A stretch of 64,000 nucleotides of DNA. Origin: Tubiluchus corallicola (lineage: Eukaryota; Animalia; Priapulida). The notes below the pieces were generated by a model. It was not told the DNA's origin and did not search any database. It saw nothing but the letters and a program-made list of their open reading frames with translations. This document shows positions 50,701-60,895 of this stretch, piece by piece. Positions within the stretch are counted from its first letter, which is position 1; every line of letters starts with the position of its first letter. The position numbers and the translations under genes were made by a program. The DNA lies in NCBI GenBank assembly GCA_030141605.1, contig JAQGDQ010000070.1, forward strand, positions 496,001 through 560,000, given 5' to 3'.

Positions 50701-52799
50701 TTCTGGAGAATAATCACAATAATTAGTCACGGTCATGCTAACTCACATCGAAAATTCCTAGCATAACAGAATTACACTATTTTATTAAAAGCCTTGATTT
50801 TATATTACACTGCATAAATGTATTAATGGGTTACCTTCTGGTTAATATTGACATGTTTTGTAGCTTCTGGCGAAAGGCAAAACACAGAGACTAAAAGTTA
50901 TTTACATTGGTTCCTGGTATGATTTTGATTAATATTGGCAAGATTCATACGAATTAATAATGTCTGAGCAATGAACAGGTCTACTAAGTCTAAATAAACA
51001 TTAGGCAAACCTTACAGCTCCAGAGGTAAAGGTAAAAAATAATATTTTTACTTGTTTGTAAAATGCAGTAGGTATTTATGTAATCTGAATTAGATATTCA
51101 GATTACATGACACACGCTCTAAAGACTGAAGGGAAGTGTTTGGACGAATATTTGAGTGACTGAAAGAGAAACACTTTCAAAAATGACTAATTAGCAGCTC
51201 AAAAAGTAACACGAATAATAGCAACAGGAATGCACGTACAGGAGTTAGCATTTTTGGTAGCAGTTTCTTTTACAAATCATCAAAACCAAAAGTTTTATAG
51301 AGCATCAGCTGAGACTCAGTCAGCAGCTTCTGCAATATCAAATCCGAACTGAAACTTCGATTCTTCTTCTTTTTTCCCCAAAGCTTAATCATCCTAACCA
51401 GGTTATACAGGTGACATTCCGATATTTATAATTTTTTTGATCTACTTACCTGTCTTTTCCGAATAACAAGCGCCAGTGTTTCTCAATCGTAGCACATATA
51501 TTCTCTCTCCAGCGAAAATAACCGTTCCAGCCGCCCACCCCCGTCAACTGCAGGTTGTACAGACATAACCAAATTGCCTGTAGCCTAAAAGTAGAAATAG
51601 TAAAAGATAAAAGCGATTAAACAGCAAACCAGGTTGCTGTTAGGAATGTTGAGATCAGGTCACATTGAATTTCACAAGCATGGACATGATGATGACCATG
51701 TACAACTTTTTAATATTTTTCACATTTTAGTGGATTTTGTTCCATGTATTTTTACATGTAGTTTACAATCGTTTTAACATGTCATGTATGTATGCATGTC
51801 ATTTTTTAATAGTCATAAGGATGTTGATAGATTTTTGTTTTCCATTATCACATTCACACATAAAACCCATTGACATGGAAAGTCTAGAAAGGGTAACCTT
51901 ATTTGCAGTCTAACATAAAGCAGTACTTAGTGAGTTAAAAACAAAATGGATAGTGGATAGGTACCAACCACGACAGTTTCATTCTTGATGTTGTTTCCTT
52001 CTCATTCCCGGAACATTGTTTACAGACAAAAGTAAACAAAGTATCACCATGAAGTGCAGTCGGGGATCCAGACATCAGGCATTCTGTAAAAAAATTTTGG
52101 CACCAATAAAAGGTGATGCCAGACTGTTAGTGATAGTATGTTTTACGTATAAAGCAAATGTTTACGCCTCAGTACAATCCAGTAACTGAACATGTGTATT
52201 AACCATGCAGGCAAAAAGCCACAAAAAGAAATGATGGCTACTAGAAACTAGGAGAAAAACAATGTGAATGACATTGTGCATTAATTAAACAACTAATTTA
52301 TCTAGTAATTAGTTTTCAGAAACATTAACGAAATGAAAAAAATTATTTGAAGCAGAAAAAATGAAAATGTTAAAGACTAACCAGCAAACGAAATACATGT
52401 AAATACAAAGTTGTTGGAATCTCTTTAACTAGTAGATGTAAGACTTTATAAAAATGCTTTCTTTTCGTTTTTTCAATTACTCTACAACCAGTATTCTACA
52501 AATTAATAGTAGATAAAAAGTAAGAATAATAAATATTCCATCTTATATTAACATTTGCAGTTCAGTATGTAAACTTCATTCACTAAACTTTCACTATAGA
52601 TATTCCTGATTGGTGATACTATAACGTAAAGTTCAAAATGAATTTATTTGTTGTAATGCATGAAAAAATTACCTAGATGAATATATCTATGACAATGGTC
52701 ACAGCTCAACATTGAAACAGCAAGCGACTTCTTTCCACATTTCATACACGAATTGCTCGAATCATCGCTACATACATTCTCTTCACACAACTTACTCAT
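36483..52799 (-). CDS. KAT14: Lysine acetyltransferase 14 / CSRP2-binding protein (ATAC2), 15 coding exons, ~724 aa
   Basis: Exons 52673-52799, 51969-52083, 51450-51584, 50563-50702, 49413-49564, 47590-47911, 45135-45284, 44108-44249, 42065-42149, 41461-41592, 40628-40740, 40331-40417, 39479-39597, 37466-37647 and 36483-36656 splice in frame. Recognised motifs: N-terminal PHD-like Cys pattern, GYFRWRENIC, GESGWWKL, EAKDMR, SPYTSRVLKPYIRRDFETKP, FFWPGIDLSECLHYPDF, and GNAT C-terminus ...KHAFFLRLRR*. Confidence 0.93.
37466..37647 (-). CDS. KAT14: KAT14 exon (GNAT)
   Basis: SECLHYPDFSIVVLYKKLVIGFGF...YISFLFTHPEWRNSKIGTFMIYHLIQ. Confidence 0.95.
39040..39234. mobile_element. Tc1/mariner MITE, copy 3
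   Basis: ta|cagtcaagcctcattataac ... gcggtttaattg|ta. Confidence 0.7.
39479..39597 (-). CDS. KAT14: KAT14 exon
   Basis: APIDYCYVRPEHIPSVNNYCAEFFWPGID. Confidence 0.93.
40331..40417 (-). CDS. KAT14: KAT14 exon
   Basis: VLKPYIRRDFETKPMKLRLLEEI. Confidence 0.92.
40628..40740 (-). CDS. KAT14: KAT14 exon
   Basis: FRTRLIGYSCEPPQCIVSPYTSR. Confidence 0.9.
41461..41592 (-). CDS. KAT14: KAT14 exon
   Basis: Ends ...ERILDRFQ|gtaaga. Confidence 0.85.
42065..42149 (-). CDS. KAT14: KAT14 exon (poorly conserved linker)
   Basis: tttacag acceptor and aag|gtatct donor; phase 2 to 0 fits both neighbours. Confidence 0.6.
42614..43724. mobile_element. Mutator-like (MULE) non-autonomous element with tandem-repeat TIRs
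   Basis: Arms of ggtaaaaatggcaca repeats in inverted orientation (42614-42950 and 43585-43724); 9-bp TSD tcgcataac/tctcataac. Confidence 0.8.
43240..43530 (-). mobile_element. Helentron-associated (DINE/HINE-like) element nested in the MULE
   Basis: Minus strand reads ttagctctgccaaggaagtt, then a (GTTT/GGTT)n tract, gatttccaagaaacttt, and a 3' stem region before ttagt. Confidence 0.55.
44108..44249 (-). CDS. KAT14: KAT14 exon (linker)
   Basis: DSDSCDIVQDEDTAK...; tttctcag acceptor, gtaaga donor. Confidence 0.7.
44502..44634. repeat. Near-perfect palindrome centred on a (TA)n tract
   Basis: cagtaaaagtagtaaacaggtcaagtgtg-(TA)n-cacacttgacctgtttactacttttactg. Confidence 0.92.
45135..45284 (-). 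CDS. KAT14: KAT14 exon (acidic linker)
   Basis: NLQNLLTGGDDEDLEIDMDSLNPDE; ttgtag acceptor. Confidence 0.7.
46239..46835. mobile_element. Tc1/mariner (pogo/Tigger-type) MITE
   Basis: ta|cagtagtcaccgcttaatagactcac ... gtgagtctattaagcggcgactactg|ta. Confidence 0.85.
47590..47911 (-). CDS. KAT14: KAT14 exon
   Basis: EAKDMRKSAKKD... Ser/Asp-rich; gtaagt donor. Confidence 0.85.
49413..49564 (-). CDS. KAT14: KAT14 exon
   Basis: GLRQRKRGSCIEAAMQLKMKRATTQ. Confidence 0.88.
50563..50702 (-). CDS. KAT14: KAT14 exon (GC donor)
   Basis: KKAQAWTGTVAGILS...GESGWWKL; ends cag|gcaaga. Confidence 0.88.
51450..51584 (-). CDS. KAT14: KAT14 exon
   Basis: LYNLQL...GYFRWRENICATIEKHWRLLFG. Confidence 0.93.
51969..52083 (-). 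CDS. KAT14: KAT14 exon
   Basis: CLMSGSPTALHGDTLFTFVCKQCS. Confidence 0.9.
52673..52799 (-). CDS. KAT14: KAT14 first coding exon (PHD-like finger start)
   Basis: MSKLCEE...CMKC...CDHCHRYIHL; acceptor tttttcag 13 nt upstream of the ATG. Confidence 0.85.
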
Positions 52800-54142
52800 C
52801 CTGAGCTTAAACCTGAAAAATGTAAACTGTTGCAAGTTGCAACAGTTAGCTTGTCAACTTTAAAACATTTACATTATTGCAAGCTACACATCAAGTACAA
52901 CCAAAACTGCGCCCAAGTTCCAACTCAGCAAGTTATAGATAACTAAAAGAAGTGTGCTTCATTATTTTTTCTGCTGCAGCTTAACTGTACTACAGTAAGA
53001 TGTATTTTATCCCTGCGCACTTTATATATGCATTTTCATATCAGGCACACATCCACAAATGTAGAAAAAAACTGAATTTAGTCAGATTGTCATAACACAA
53101 CTAGCTACCATATATTTTGGTGATATAAAAGAAAATATGAATATGTTGCTGTGATAAATTTAAAAATATGTTCTACAAAATCTACATGAACATGTGAATG
53201 TTTCCCTTGAACATACTGGTAATTAAAAGAGTATTATCAATATTTCTAAGTAAAAGTGAAAGGAAAGGGATAATTTCATTAACATTTTGCATGTACACAC
53301 TCTTGGGAAAAGCAATTGCTAAAATAGTTATTTAAAGTTTTTTCAAAATTTGTCATTTAGATTTGATGCTGATTTGAAAAAAATTGACTACAATTACGAT
53401 CATGATCAATTTTCTGAGCTGGCTGCGATCCATATCATAATTGTGATCAAATAATAGACATAAATTTATGAAGCCATGATTACTAGGTTGAGTTGAGTAC
53501 GTTTCATCTTGAAACAGTAGTCTTGGCCGGGAGTACTTTAATAGCGTTAGATATTTTCATATTGAGATTCAGGCAGCGTATAACGGATATGTGGTAACTA
53601 TTTATTCTATGTTAAAACAAAATATTATGAAAAACTGAATGCCAATTCTGAAGACTTTTTGAAATGATCGAAATAATGATAACTCAGAATTACGATGTGA
53701 TCACAATCAATAATCACATTTTGAAGAAATCATTTGTGCGATGAAAGAAATTGATCACGATACTGATCGTGATCGGTTTTTATTGCGATCATTACAGTCC
53801 TGTGCTTCTTCAATTATAGTTACTAACAAAGGTTACCTTCTAAAGATAACTTTGTCTAAAGATTTTGGCATTGAAGTCAGAGACTATTATTATACAAGTA
53901 ATTTTCTTGTTTTAAGTTATATTTTTTGCAACCTATGTAAAAAGCATAAAAGTTAATGTTATTATTTTAGTATGAATATTATATTGCAGGTTTATTTAAG
54001 TTGGCTTCTACATGACTTGAACACACTGATTCATTATAACTATAAGGATTAGAAATTAATCTATACTATAGTTATCATTTTGAATTTGAAAAATTATTAA
54101 ATGCAAAACCATAAAATATTGATGTTAACTTAATGTACCAAA

Positions 54143-54406
54143 TTAATCGTCCACATTCAGACCAAACTTAATGTACATTTCTTTAGTAGTCACGCCTTCC
54201 AGACATGCTAACTTCCCTAATAACATCTGTCCAACATCTTTTATCTCGTTATAGGTGTGCAACTTATTAATGTGACACTTCAATTCGTCTTCGTTAATTC
54301 CTTCGTCTTTCAGTGCTTTTATTTGCGCATTTAGCTCGGTTAACTTTTCTTTTAGCGTTCTAACTGTATTGACTTGATCACAAACGTCTACATCTTTGCG
54401 CGACAT
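54143..54406 (-). CDS. SWI5: DNA repair protein SWI5/SAE3 homolog, intronless, 87 aa (104 aa if the ATG at 54457 is used)
   Basis: Coiled coil followed by HINKLHTYNEIKDVGQMLLGKLACLEGVTTKEMYIKFGL, the Swi5 family signature HxYNEIKDxGQxLxGxxA. Confidence 0.92.
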   Translation of the reverse strand: MSRKDVDVCDQVNTVRTLKEKLTELNAQIKALKDEGINEDELKCHINKLHTYNEIKDVGQMLLGKLACLEGVTTKEMYIKFGLNVDD

Positions 54407-54724
54407 GCTGTATTCCACGCGGTAAACGCATGCTAAACATAACAGTAACAGCGCCATAGTGTGAGCTAAATTAAAAACATTTTATTTTGGCTAGGGGTAG
54501 AGCGGCAAGAGTCCTCATATTGCTGATTACATTTTTTGGCAAGTTTTTGCAGACGAAAACGTTCCTAAATGTTCAAGTAGTGAATTTTAATTAATTATTC
54601 AAAATTGTTCGTATCCAAAACTGTTTCTGATTTTGTTCTAATTAATAGCCGTAGACAACTTATATACAATGAATAACAGTTTACTTTGGCTATGATGAAT
54701 TGCAGTATCAGTAATGGCAGGTGT

Positions 54725-55185
54725 GTCACGTAACATTTGAGCGGGTCCCCCTAATTTGAATCACGTAATTTTGAGCGTCCATTCACTAAACTAATGGACA
54801 TATTCCGATGGACCTGATGAGCATCCGTTTACTAATTCGATGGACTTGTTGGTGCAGTGCACGTAATTAAAGTTGAACGTCGGTCTACTAAACTGATGGA
54901 CCTACGTAATATTGGACTTAACTTCGAGCATCCATTCCCTAAACTGAAGACTATTTTGATGGACGTGATTTGATCGACGTTATTTACACCCATTTACTAT
55001 GTGTATTTGAACGCAGTGAAAGTCCATTTGGTATGTGTAGTTGAATGCGGTGGATGTAATCTCGAGCGACGACGAACGTCTATTCATAAAAGAATTTGAA
55101 GTGAATTAATGGACCTACGTAATTGTTGACATAGGGCTTAATGTTTAGCATGTGCTGGACTTTAGTTTAAACGTAATGGACTCTA
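54725..55185. repeat. Degenerate tandem array of units containing gtccatt/aatggac inverted motifs
   Basis: Recurrent ttgagcgtccattcactaaactaatggac(ctacgtaat) variants. Confidence 0.65.
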
Positions 55186-57120
55186 TATGTTAATTACTTG
55201 CAAATAAATTTTATTAGTTTTTGCAATGTGATTTTTTTTTTTACAACATCCATCGCATCCAAGAAATTATTGAATAGGTGTCCAACTTGCGTTCATCACG
55301 TCTATTCATTTTGGATTTGCCCATTTGAGCATGGAGCATTTGGGATCGCACGTGAGACATTTGGGCACCAAGAAAATTTAATGTTATACCTAATTTTTTT
55401 AGTTTTAGTTATTAAATTAAATTTTTAGCAATTTTTTCAATGATTTTTAATGAATTTTTAAATGCTATTTTTTACATTAGCATTTTATTAAAATGTGAGC
55501 ATTCATTTCAAAAAGACCTAGTGTTTGTAAATTATAACAGAAATGTTCATCACGTAAAAGTCTGTTTACACCCAAATTTAGCATCAGTAAACTAGTGCAG
55601 TAACTTGACTAATAACAATGCTATATATTCAACGTTTCATATACTTTAAAAGTGCATTATTTAATTCGTTAGTTGCTTATACTAGCTGCCAACTCAAAAA
55701 CAACCAGCTGTAGATCCATTATAGTAAATAAGCCAATTAAAGGGCATATGATTATCAGTATTGCAAACTAAGTGCATGATGATATTGGGCACTCAGCGTT
55801 TTTGCACATATTAAGTGATTTATACTGTAGTTCTTTTCAGTTCTAATTACACTTTTGTACTCATGCAAACAATTAGAAGTTACATTGTATCCATTAATCA
55901 GGTAATGGATTCCCCCAAAAGTCTAACTTACTATAGGTAGCGTGATGTGTAGTGCAACTCAGAACTAATGTATTCTTGTGTGATTGAATCATGTTGAACA
56001 TAATTAACAGCACAGAGTACATCCATACTGGTGCCAAAATGTCTTGAGTTCAAGTGTTTGGCCCCCAGATGGCTGTGCCATACATTGGTGTATGGGGTGG
56101 GGGGTGGTGGAGCGTTCCCGCCCCCAAAATTTTCGGGTTTCAAAAAATTCCGGCGGAACTGCACTTTATATTTTCAGAAAATAGTTTTTTCAACTTCGAA
56201 ATTGATATTTTTTCAGATTTCAATCGTCATCGCTTTAGTTTTTCCTTGAATTCAAATATGGCCCGAATCTTGAGAGAGTAATATTCATGCCATGCGCCTG
56301 GATGCCCAAATCTTGATCTCACAGGAGGCGTCGTCCGCACCGACTCCCGGTCCCGGACCGGCAGTTACAGTGATCTGGAAACAATTAGCATTCACAAAAT
56401 TGAAAATATACTAGTCGCTGGGTTCTCTGCAGGTCTCAGATTGTCTTATCGCTTCCTGTCTTCGGTGCGCGCGTAGTGACGAAAAAGTTTTGGAACAAAA
56501 CAAAGAAATTCTTTTTCTGAGCTCATTTGACCGACGTGTGAAAGTGGCAAGTGTCTGTGTATTGCTGCATTCTTAATTTTTGCATCTTGTGTGGTGATTG
56601 CTGATTTGACAGATTATGTAACCGATTCGTATATCAGTCATGAAATAAGGATAATTCCTCTTTACTGGTTCATTGCTCTGTTATTCAGTGTTCACTGGAA
56701 GTAAACTCTGGAAGTTATCGCCGCACTTCGGTCTCGTAGGACACTGTTTATACCATAATCAATGACAATCTTTGCAGGGGCGGAACTAGATGTGGCAAGC
56801 AGGGGGGGGGGGCGAAGTATCCGAAGTGGTTGAATAATGGTTAAGCCAATTTTTAACCCCTTTTATACTGCATGCAGGCCTATAATTAGCATGTGTGTAG
56901 GACGGCATAGCGGACAGAGCAATAATGAGAAAATTAACTCTCAGTTAACCTAACGTTATTAATGTGCCTCTAACTAAATTGTTATTTACAGAAATTTATC
57001 ATACACAAATTTTAAGAAAATAATACGCAGTAAATAATGTCAAAATGAAATGTGGAACGATACGTCATTCAAAAAGTCACATCAGCTTTGTTACGACAAC
57101 AAGTTTATTGTGTCATAATT

Positions 57121-57699
57121 TTAACGTCGCAGCTCTTTTGCTAAAAACGTGTCGATGACTTTGTTTTCCGACACACACTCATCGTACACATCTCGCTCAA
57201 TGTGAATGACTGCCAAATGATTTAACCGTTCCTCTCTCATTGTTTGACGGAGCCACGAATGCAGCCTTCCCAAAACACTGAAACACCGTTCACATGAGCA
57301 GCTAGTGACTGGAATAGTGACTCCAATCTGAAGAACACGTTTTAGAATGGGAAACAAATCACCGTCAAGCGCCTTCCAAAGGGATAATATTGTGGGTTCC
57401 TCAACTCGACCAAGTACTCTTTTGACCATCACAATCTCTGTTTTTAGCATGTCAGTCTGAATATTGTAGTGTTCAGCAAAAAATCCAACTTCAGTCCAAG
57501 TAATCTGTCTTTGTTTACCAAAATGCCTGCATGCAAAACAAAATGTCTGCTTCGAATACTCCAGCCATGAGTGTTTCCCAAACCAACTATACTGAAAAGA
57601 ACGAGCATTCTTTCCTTGGCCAGTTTTCGGATATTTCGTCATATGTGGTTGTCGTGGTTTCGCAGACACAGGTCCTAAGTCATTTGCTCTTGTGTTCAT
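57121..57699 (-). CDS. Internally deleted hAT transposase: TTF-type zinc finger fused to the hAT C-terminal dimerisation domain
   Basis: RSFQYSWF...WLEYS...FCFACRHF followed directly by FPILKRVLQIGVTIPVTSCSCERCFSVLGRLHSWLRQTMREERLNHLAVIHIE; most of the catalytic core is absent; upstream N-terminal codons are frameshifted. Confidence 0.8.
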   Translation of the reverse strand: MNTRANDLGPVSAKPRQPHMTKYPKTGQGKNARSFQYSWFGKHSWLEYSKQTFCFACRHFGKQRQITWTEVGFFAEHYNIQTDMLKTEIVMVKRVLGRVEEPTILSLWKALDGDLFPILKRVLQIGVTIPVTSCSCERCFSVLGRLHSWLRQTMREERLNHLAVIHIERDVYDECVSENKVIDTFLAKELRR

Positions 57700-58119
57700 G
57701 TTCTGAGTAGAAGACTCCGGTTGTTTCTCGTCTTCTGTAGCTTTTGAAACTGATTGATCCTTTCCACTGTTGCATCTTTACATGCTGATTCCTTTTTACT
57801 TCCTTGGATAAAAAAATCTAAAGTTTTCTGGGTGGTACAACTTTGTCGTCTTCCCTATTCCCAGACATGTAACATGTAATCACGTGAAAATTCCTGTTTG
57901 TCAACAAGATGAAACAACAGTGCAATAAATGAGCAAATAAGCAGCTAAAATCGCAGCGAAAACTAGCAGAGATTCTCCTAGCAGGAGAAAAATGATGAAA
58001 TGTGCTCAAAAATCACGCCCTTTTATGCAGCAAACTCGTGGGAAAGAGTCGCTAAGGAGTAGCAAAGAGTCGGTAATGTCCAATCAGGAGGTGGCTCATC
58101 AATTTGTATCTCCCAAACC

Positions 58120-58370
58120 GACTCTCTGGTACTAGGCTAGCTCGACAAACTGACTCTCTGGTACTAGGCTAGCTCGACAAACTGACTCTCTGGTACTAGG
58201 CTAGCTCGACAAACTGACTCTCTGGTACTAGGCTAGCTCGACAAACTGACTCTCTGGTACTAGGCTAGCTCGACAAACCGACTCTCTGGTACTAGGCTAG
58301 CTCGACAAACTGACTCTCTGGTACTAGGCTAGCTCGACAAACCGACTCTCTGGTACTAGGCTAGCTCAAC
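58120..58370. repeat. 32-bp minisatellite x8 inside the inner hAT
   Basis: gactctctggtactaggctagctcgacaaac(t/c) starting at 58120, 58152, 58184 and onward to 58344. Confidence 0.95.
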
Positions 58371-59885
58371 ATGACTTCAATGTTTGCATTGTTTTTGCTC
58401 TATTATTTCACTGCTGAACGAAGCTCGAGTGCTAACTGAGCCGTTTTGTTAACTAACAGTCTTTTGTGCAAAGACGCTAATGCTACTCAACGAGCTGCTT
58501 TGTTAACTGTTCCTGCCTGCCTCCTGAATAGATTACATGCAAACAAATTAACTACATCCTGACTTTCAGGTAAACACATCTGGTCAGGCACGTATTAACA
58601 GTCAGAATAATTTAACTCGGTGACAAACTTTAATGATAAAAAATATTATTGGGCTACTGCAAAAAAAAATTGTTTGTCCGATTTGGAAGGGGGGCGCAAA
58701 TTTTGACGGGGGGCGCCCCCCTTCGCCCCTTCCTAGTTCCGCCCCTGAATCTTTGAAACGTAATGATCCAGGTGCTTGTGCATAATCAAACAAGCACAAC
58801 TTATCAAGATATCTGGCCATATAGGTCATATCATGTGTTGTGCATCATATTTCAATATGGCTAATAAATAATGCTGAGTTCAGTCTTATGTCATCAGAAA
58901 TGACGCCTTTTTGCATTCGCTATCTAGAACTTAGTAAGGTTGTACTTATTGAAACGGGAGCCTAAAAAATCGCGTGAAATTCTAAGAATTCGGGCAAAGA
59001 ATCCTCTGCTCCCCCAAAATTCAGGGACCCAGTACGCCTATGGTGCCATATTCTATAACTCACCCGTACGAGCATACCCAAACGTCCTCTCCTCTGTAGA
59101 AGCGATCTTGTTGCAAGTTTTGTACTGTTATTATTTATTAGCGTTTGACTTTGACATACCGATGATAATGCTGGTCACAGCTCTTGTCCCACTTGTTTTA
59201 TGTACTACATTTCCTTGAAGCTGATTGGCTATCAAGTATTTTTATTTGTTAACTGTTATTACATTAATTAGTAATAACTAGTGTCCCTTCCTGATAAATA
59301 TTAACCTAGATCAAGTGCACTGAACAGCAAGTAGCATGTTTTTGAACTAAAACTGGAATTTCTCAAAATTTTAAGTTTTTATATTTATAAATTTATAATT
59401 TAAACCAGCTTCTTTCTGTGAACTACTTTAATCTTTTACAGTGTTGCTATTTTTGTTGAGCAGCAAAATTAGTGGTCACCTGTGTGGTTATTAAAATGTT
59501 AACGTCTGTTTTTAGCCTAAAATGTGTGTTACACATTCAAATGTCAATCACTACCTGGAACTTGGAAAACTGTCATAATCTTAATATCGAGAACAATTAA
59601 ATTAATAATTTAAGGCAAATTCGTGACTAATATCTTCCAAGAACTTATCCGTATATTTAAGTAAAAAATTTGAGATCTCTAATTCGAGATTTATATATAC
59701 CATTAATCCTTGTTTCCGGTTGTTTAGGTTTCCTTGATGATGAAATTAAATCATGTTTACAAAAAACATACTATTATATTGATACTGATAACATTATATT
59801 ATATTATGACATGATACACACTGTAATTAATTATAGTTGACTGGGGTCCTTTTTTGGGATAGTAATTTTCTCATGAGCTTGCTAA

Positions 59886-60844
59886 GGCTGCCAGGCCATA
59901 GAAACTCACGCTTCATGCCTCACGTTCATACTTCACGTCTAAACGCGTGAGTGGAAAAATGAACAAACGTAATCTTATTTGCGGTGCGCCATAGACCTCC
60001 GCTCACGCCTCACACTTCAAGCTTCACGACTCACGCGTGAAGCTAGAAGTGAACATGTTCACTTTTTCGAGACGTGAGTCCGGGGGCAGACTGGATATCA
60101 GAGCGTTTTTTGACTGCTCATGGTCCTGAGGACTATTCATTTCACGATCAGAGTTAGAACGGGACATTGTGACCTAAACCTTTTCAAATTTTTCACTTTC
60201 GTTTTTCGGTTTTTGTTTTTATTATATGGTCATGTCAGTATATCTGAAAAACATAAAATAATTAAATTTTACCCTTCAAAAACATTTTGGAATTTTTGTG
60301 TGGCCTTTCTTTTTTTTATCGGGGGGGGGTGTTTAGATCTACTTTTTTATGTGGTCATGTCAGTGCATGCTTATCTGACAAACATACTTTGACTAGTAAT
60401 TACCACCTGAGAGTTATGATGAGCTTTTGTTCTGCTTCGATTGGCCTCCTCCAATTTGAATGGTATGGCTTCAGATGTCCTAGCACGAGGGACTTTAATG
60501 TACTGTAAGTCTTGTACGACATCCTTGTATAATTATGAAATAGTTCTTCATCAGGATTGTCCACGAGGTGTTGAAATGTCCGCTGAAATTCTCCTCTGGA
60601 TTCTCTGAGCAAAAAATGCTCCCGGCACCATATTCTCCGTCTCTTTCGCTTCCTTCTTCTGAGACACAACAAAATCAAGAAATCTTCCTCGTCAGATGAT
60701 TCCATTTTGAATGCGCAACGCAGACTCGTGTGTGAAGCGTGAGAGCATGAGCCCCTATGGCCCAGTGGGCCGTGAAGCATGAAGCATGAAGTATGAAGTA
60801 TGAAGCGTGAGGCATGAAGCATGAGTTTCTATGGCCTGGCAGCC
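59886..60844 (-). mobile_element. Internally deleted PIF/Harbinger element
   Basis: TIR ggctgccaggccatagaaactca at both ends; TAA TSD; CTTCA(C/T)G subterminal repeats. Confidence 0.93.
60405..60705 (-). pseudogene. Harbinger transposase N-terminal fragment
   Basis: MESSDEED...RRRIWCREHFLLRESRGEF...FHNYTRMS...NWRRPIEAEQKLIITLR, typical of the HARBI1-like N-terminus/HTH; no DDE core follows. Confidence 0.8.
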
Positions 60845-60895
60845 TAATAAGCTGAATTCTATCTCTTATAGGTGAATAACAGCTGTAACATCATC

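Larger units (their letters stand above)
56775..58747 (-). mobile_element. Inner hAT element (internally deleted) nested in the outer hAT
   Basis: Perfect TIR caggggcggaactag/ctagttccgcccctg; perfect 8-bp TSD AATCTTTG at 56767-56774 and 58748-58755. Confidence 0.93.
56083..59042. mobile_element. Outer non-autonomous hAT element
   Basis: Imperfect TIR cattggtgta/tacgcctatg; perfect 8-bp TSD GTGCCATA at 56075-56082 and 59043-59050; G-rich subterminal motifs. Confidence 0.85.

Noticed and set aside
51300-51400. Possible intronic C/D snoRNA or alternative terminal KAT14 exon (minus strand)
   Set aside because: Box C is imperfect, there is no convincing terminal stem, and the rRNA complementarity is short and not placed next to a D box; no support for exon use.
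54811-54840. CTGATGA hammerhead core
   Set aside because: No stem II plus GAAA follows; part of the degenerate tandem array.
58120-58370. CRISPR-like 32-bp repeats
   Set aside because: Head-to-tail with no spacers, no cas genes, and a eukaryotic transposon context.
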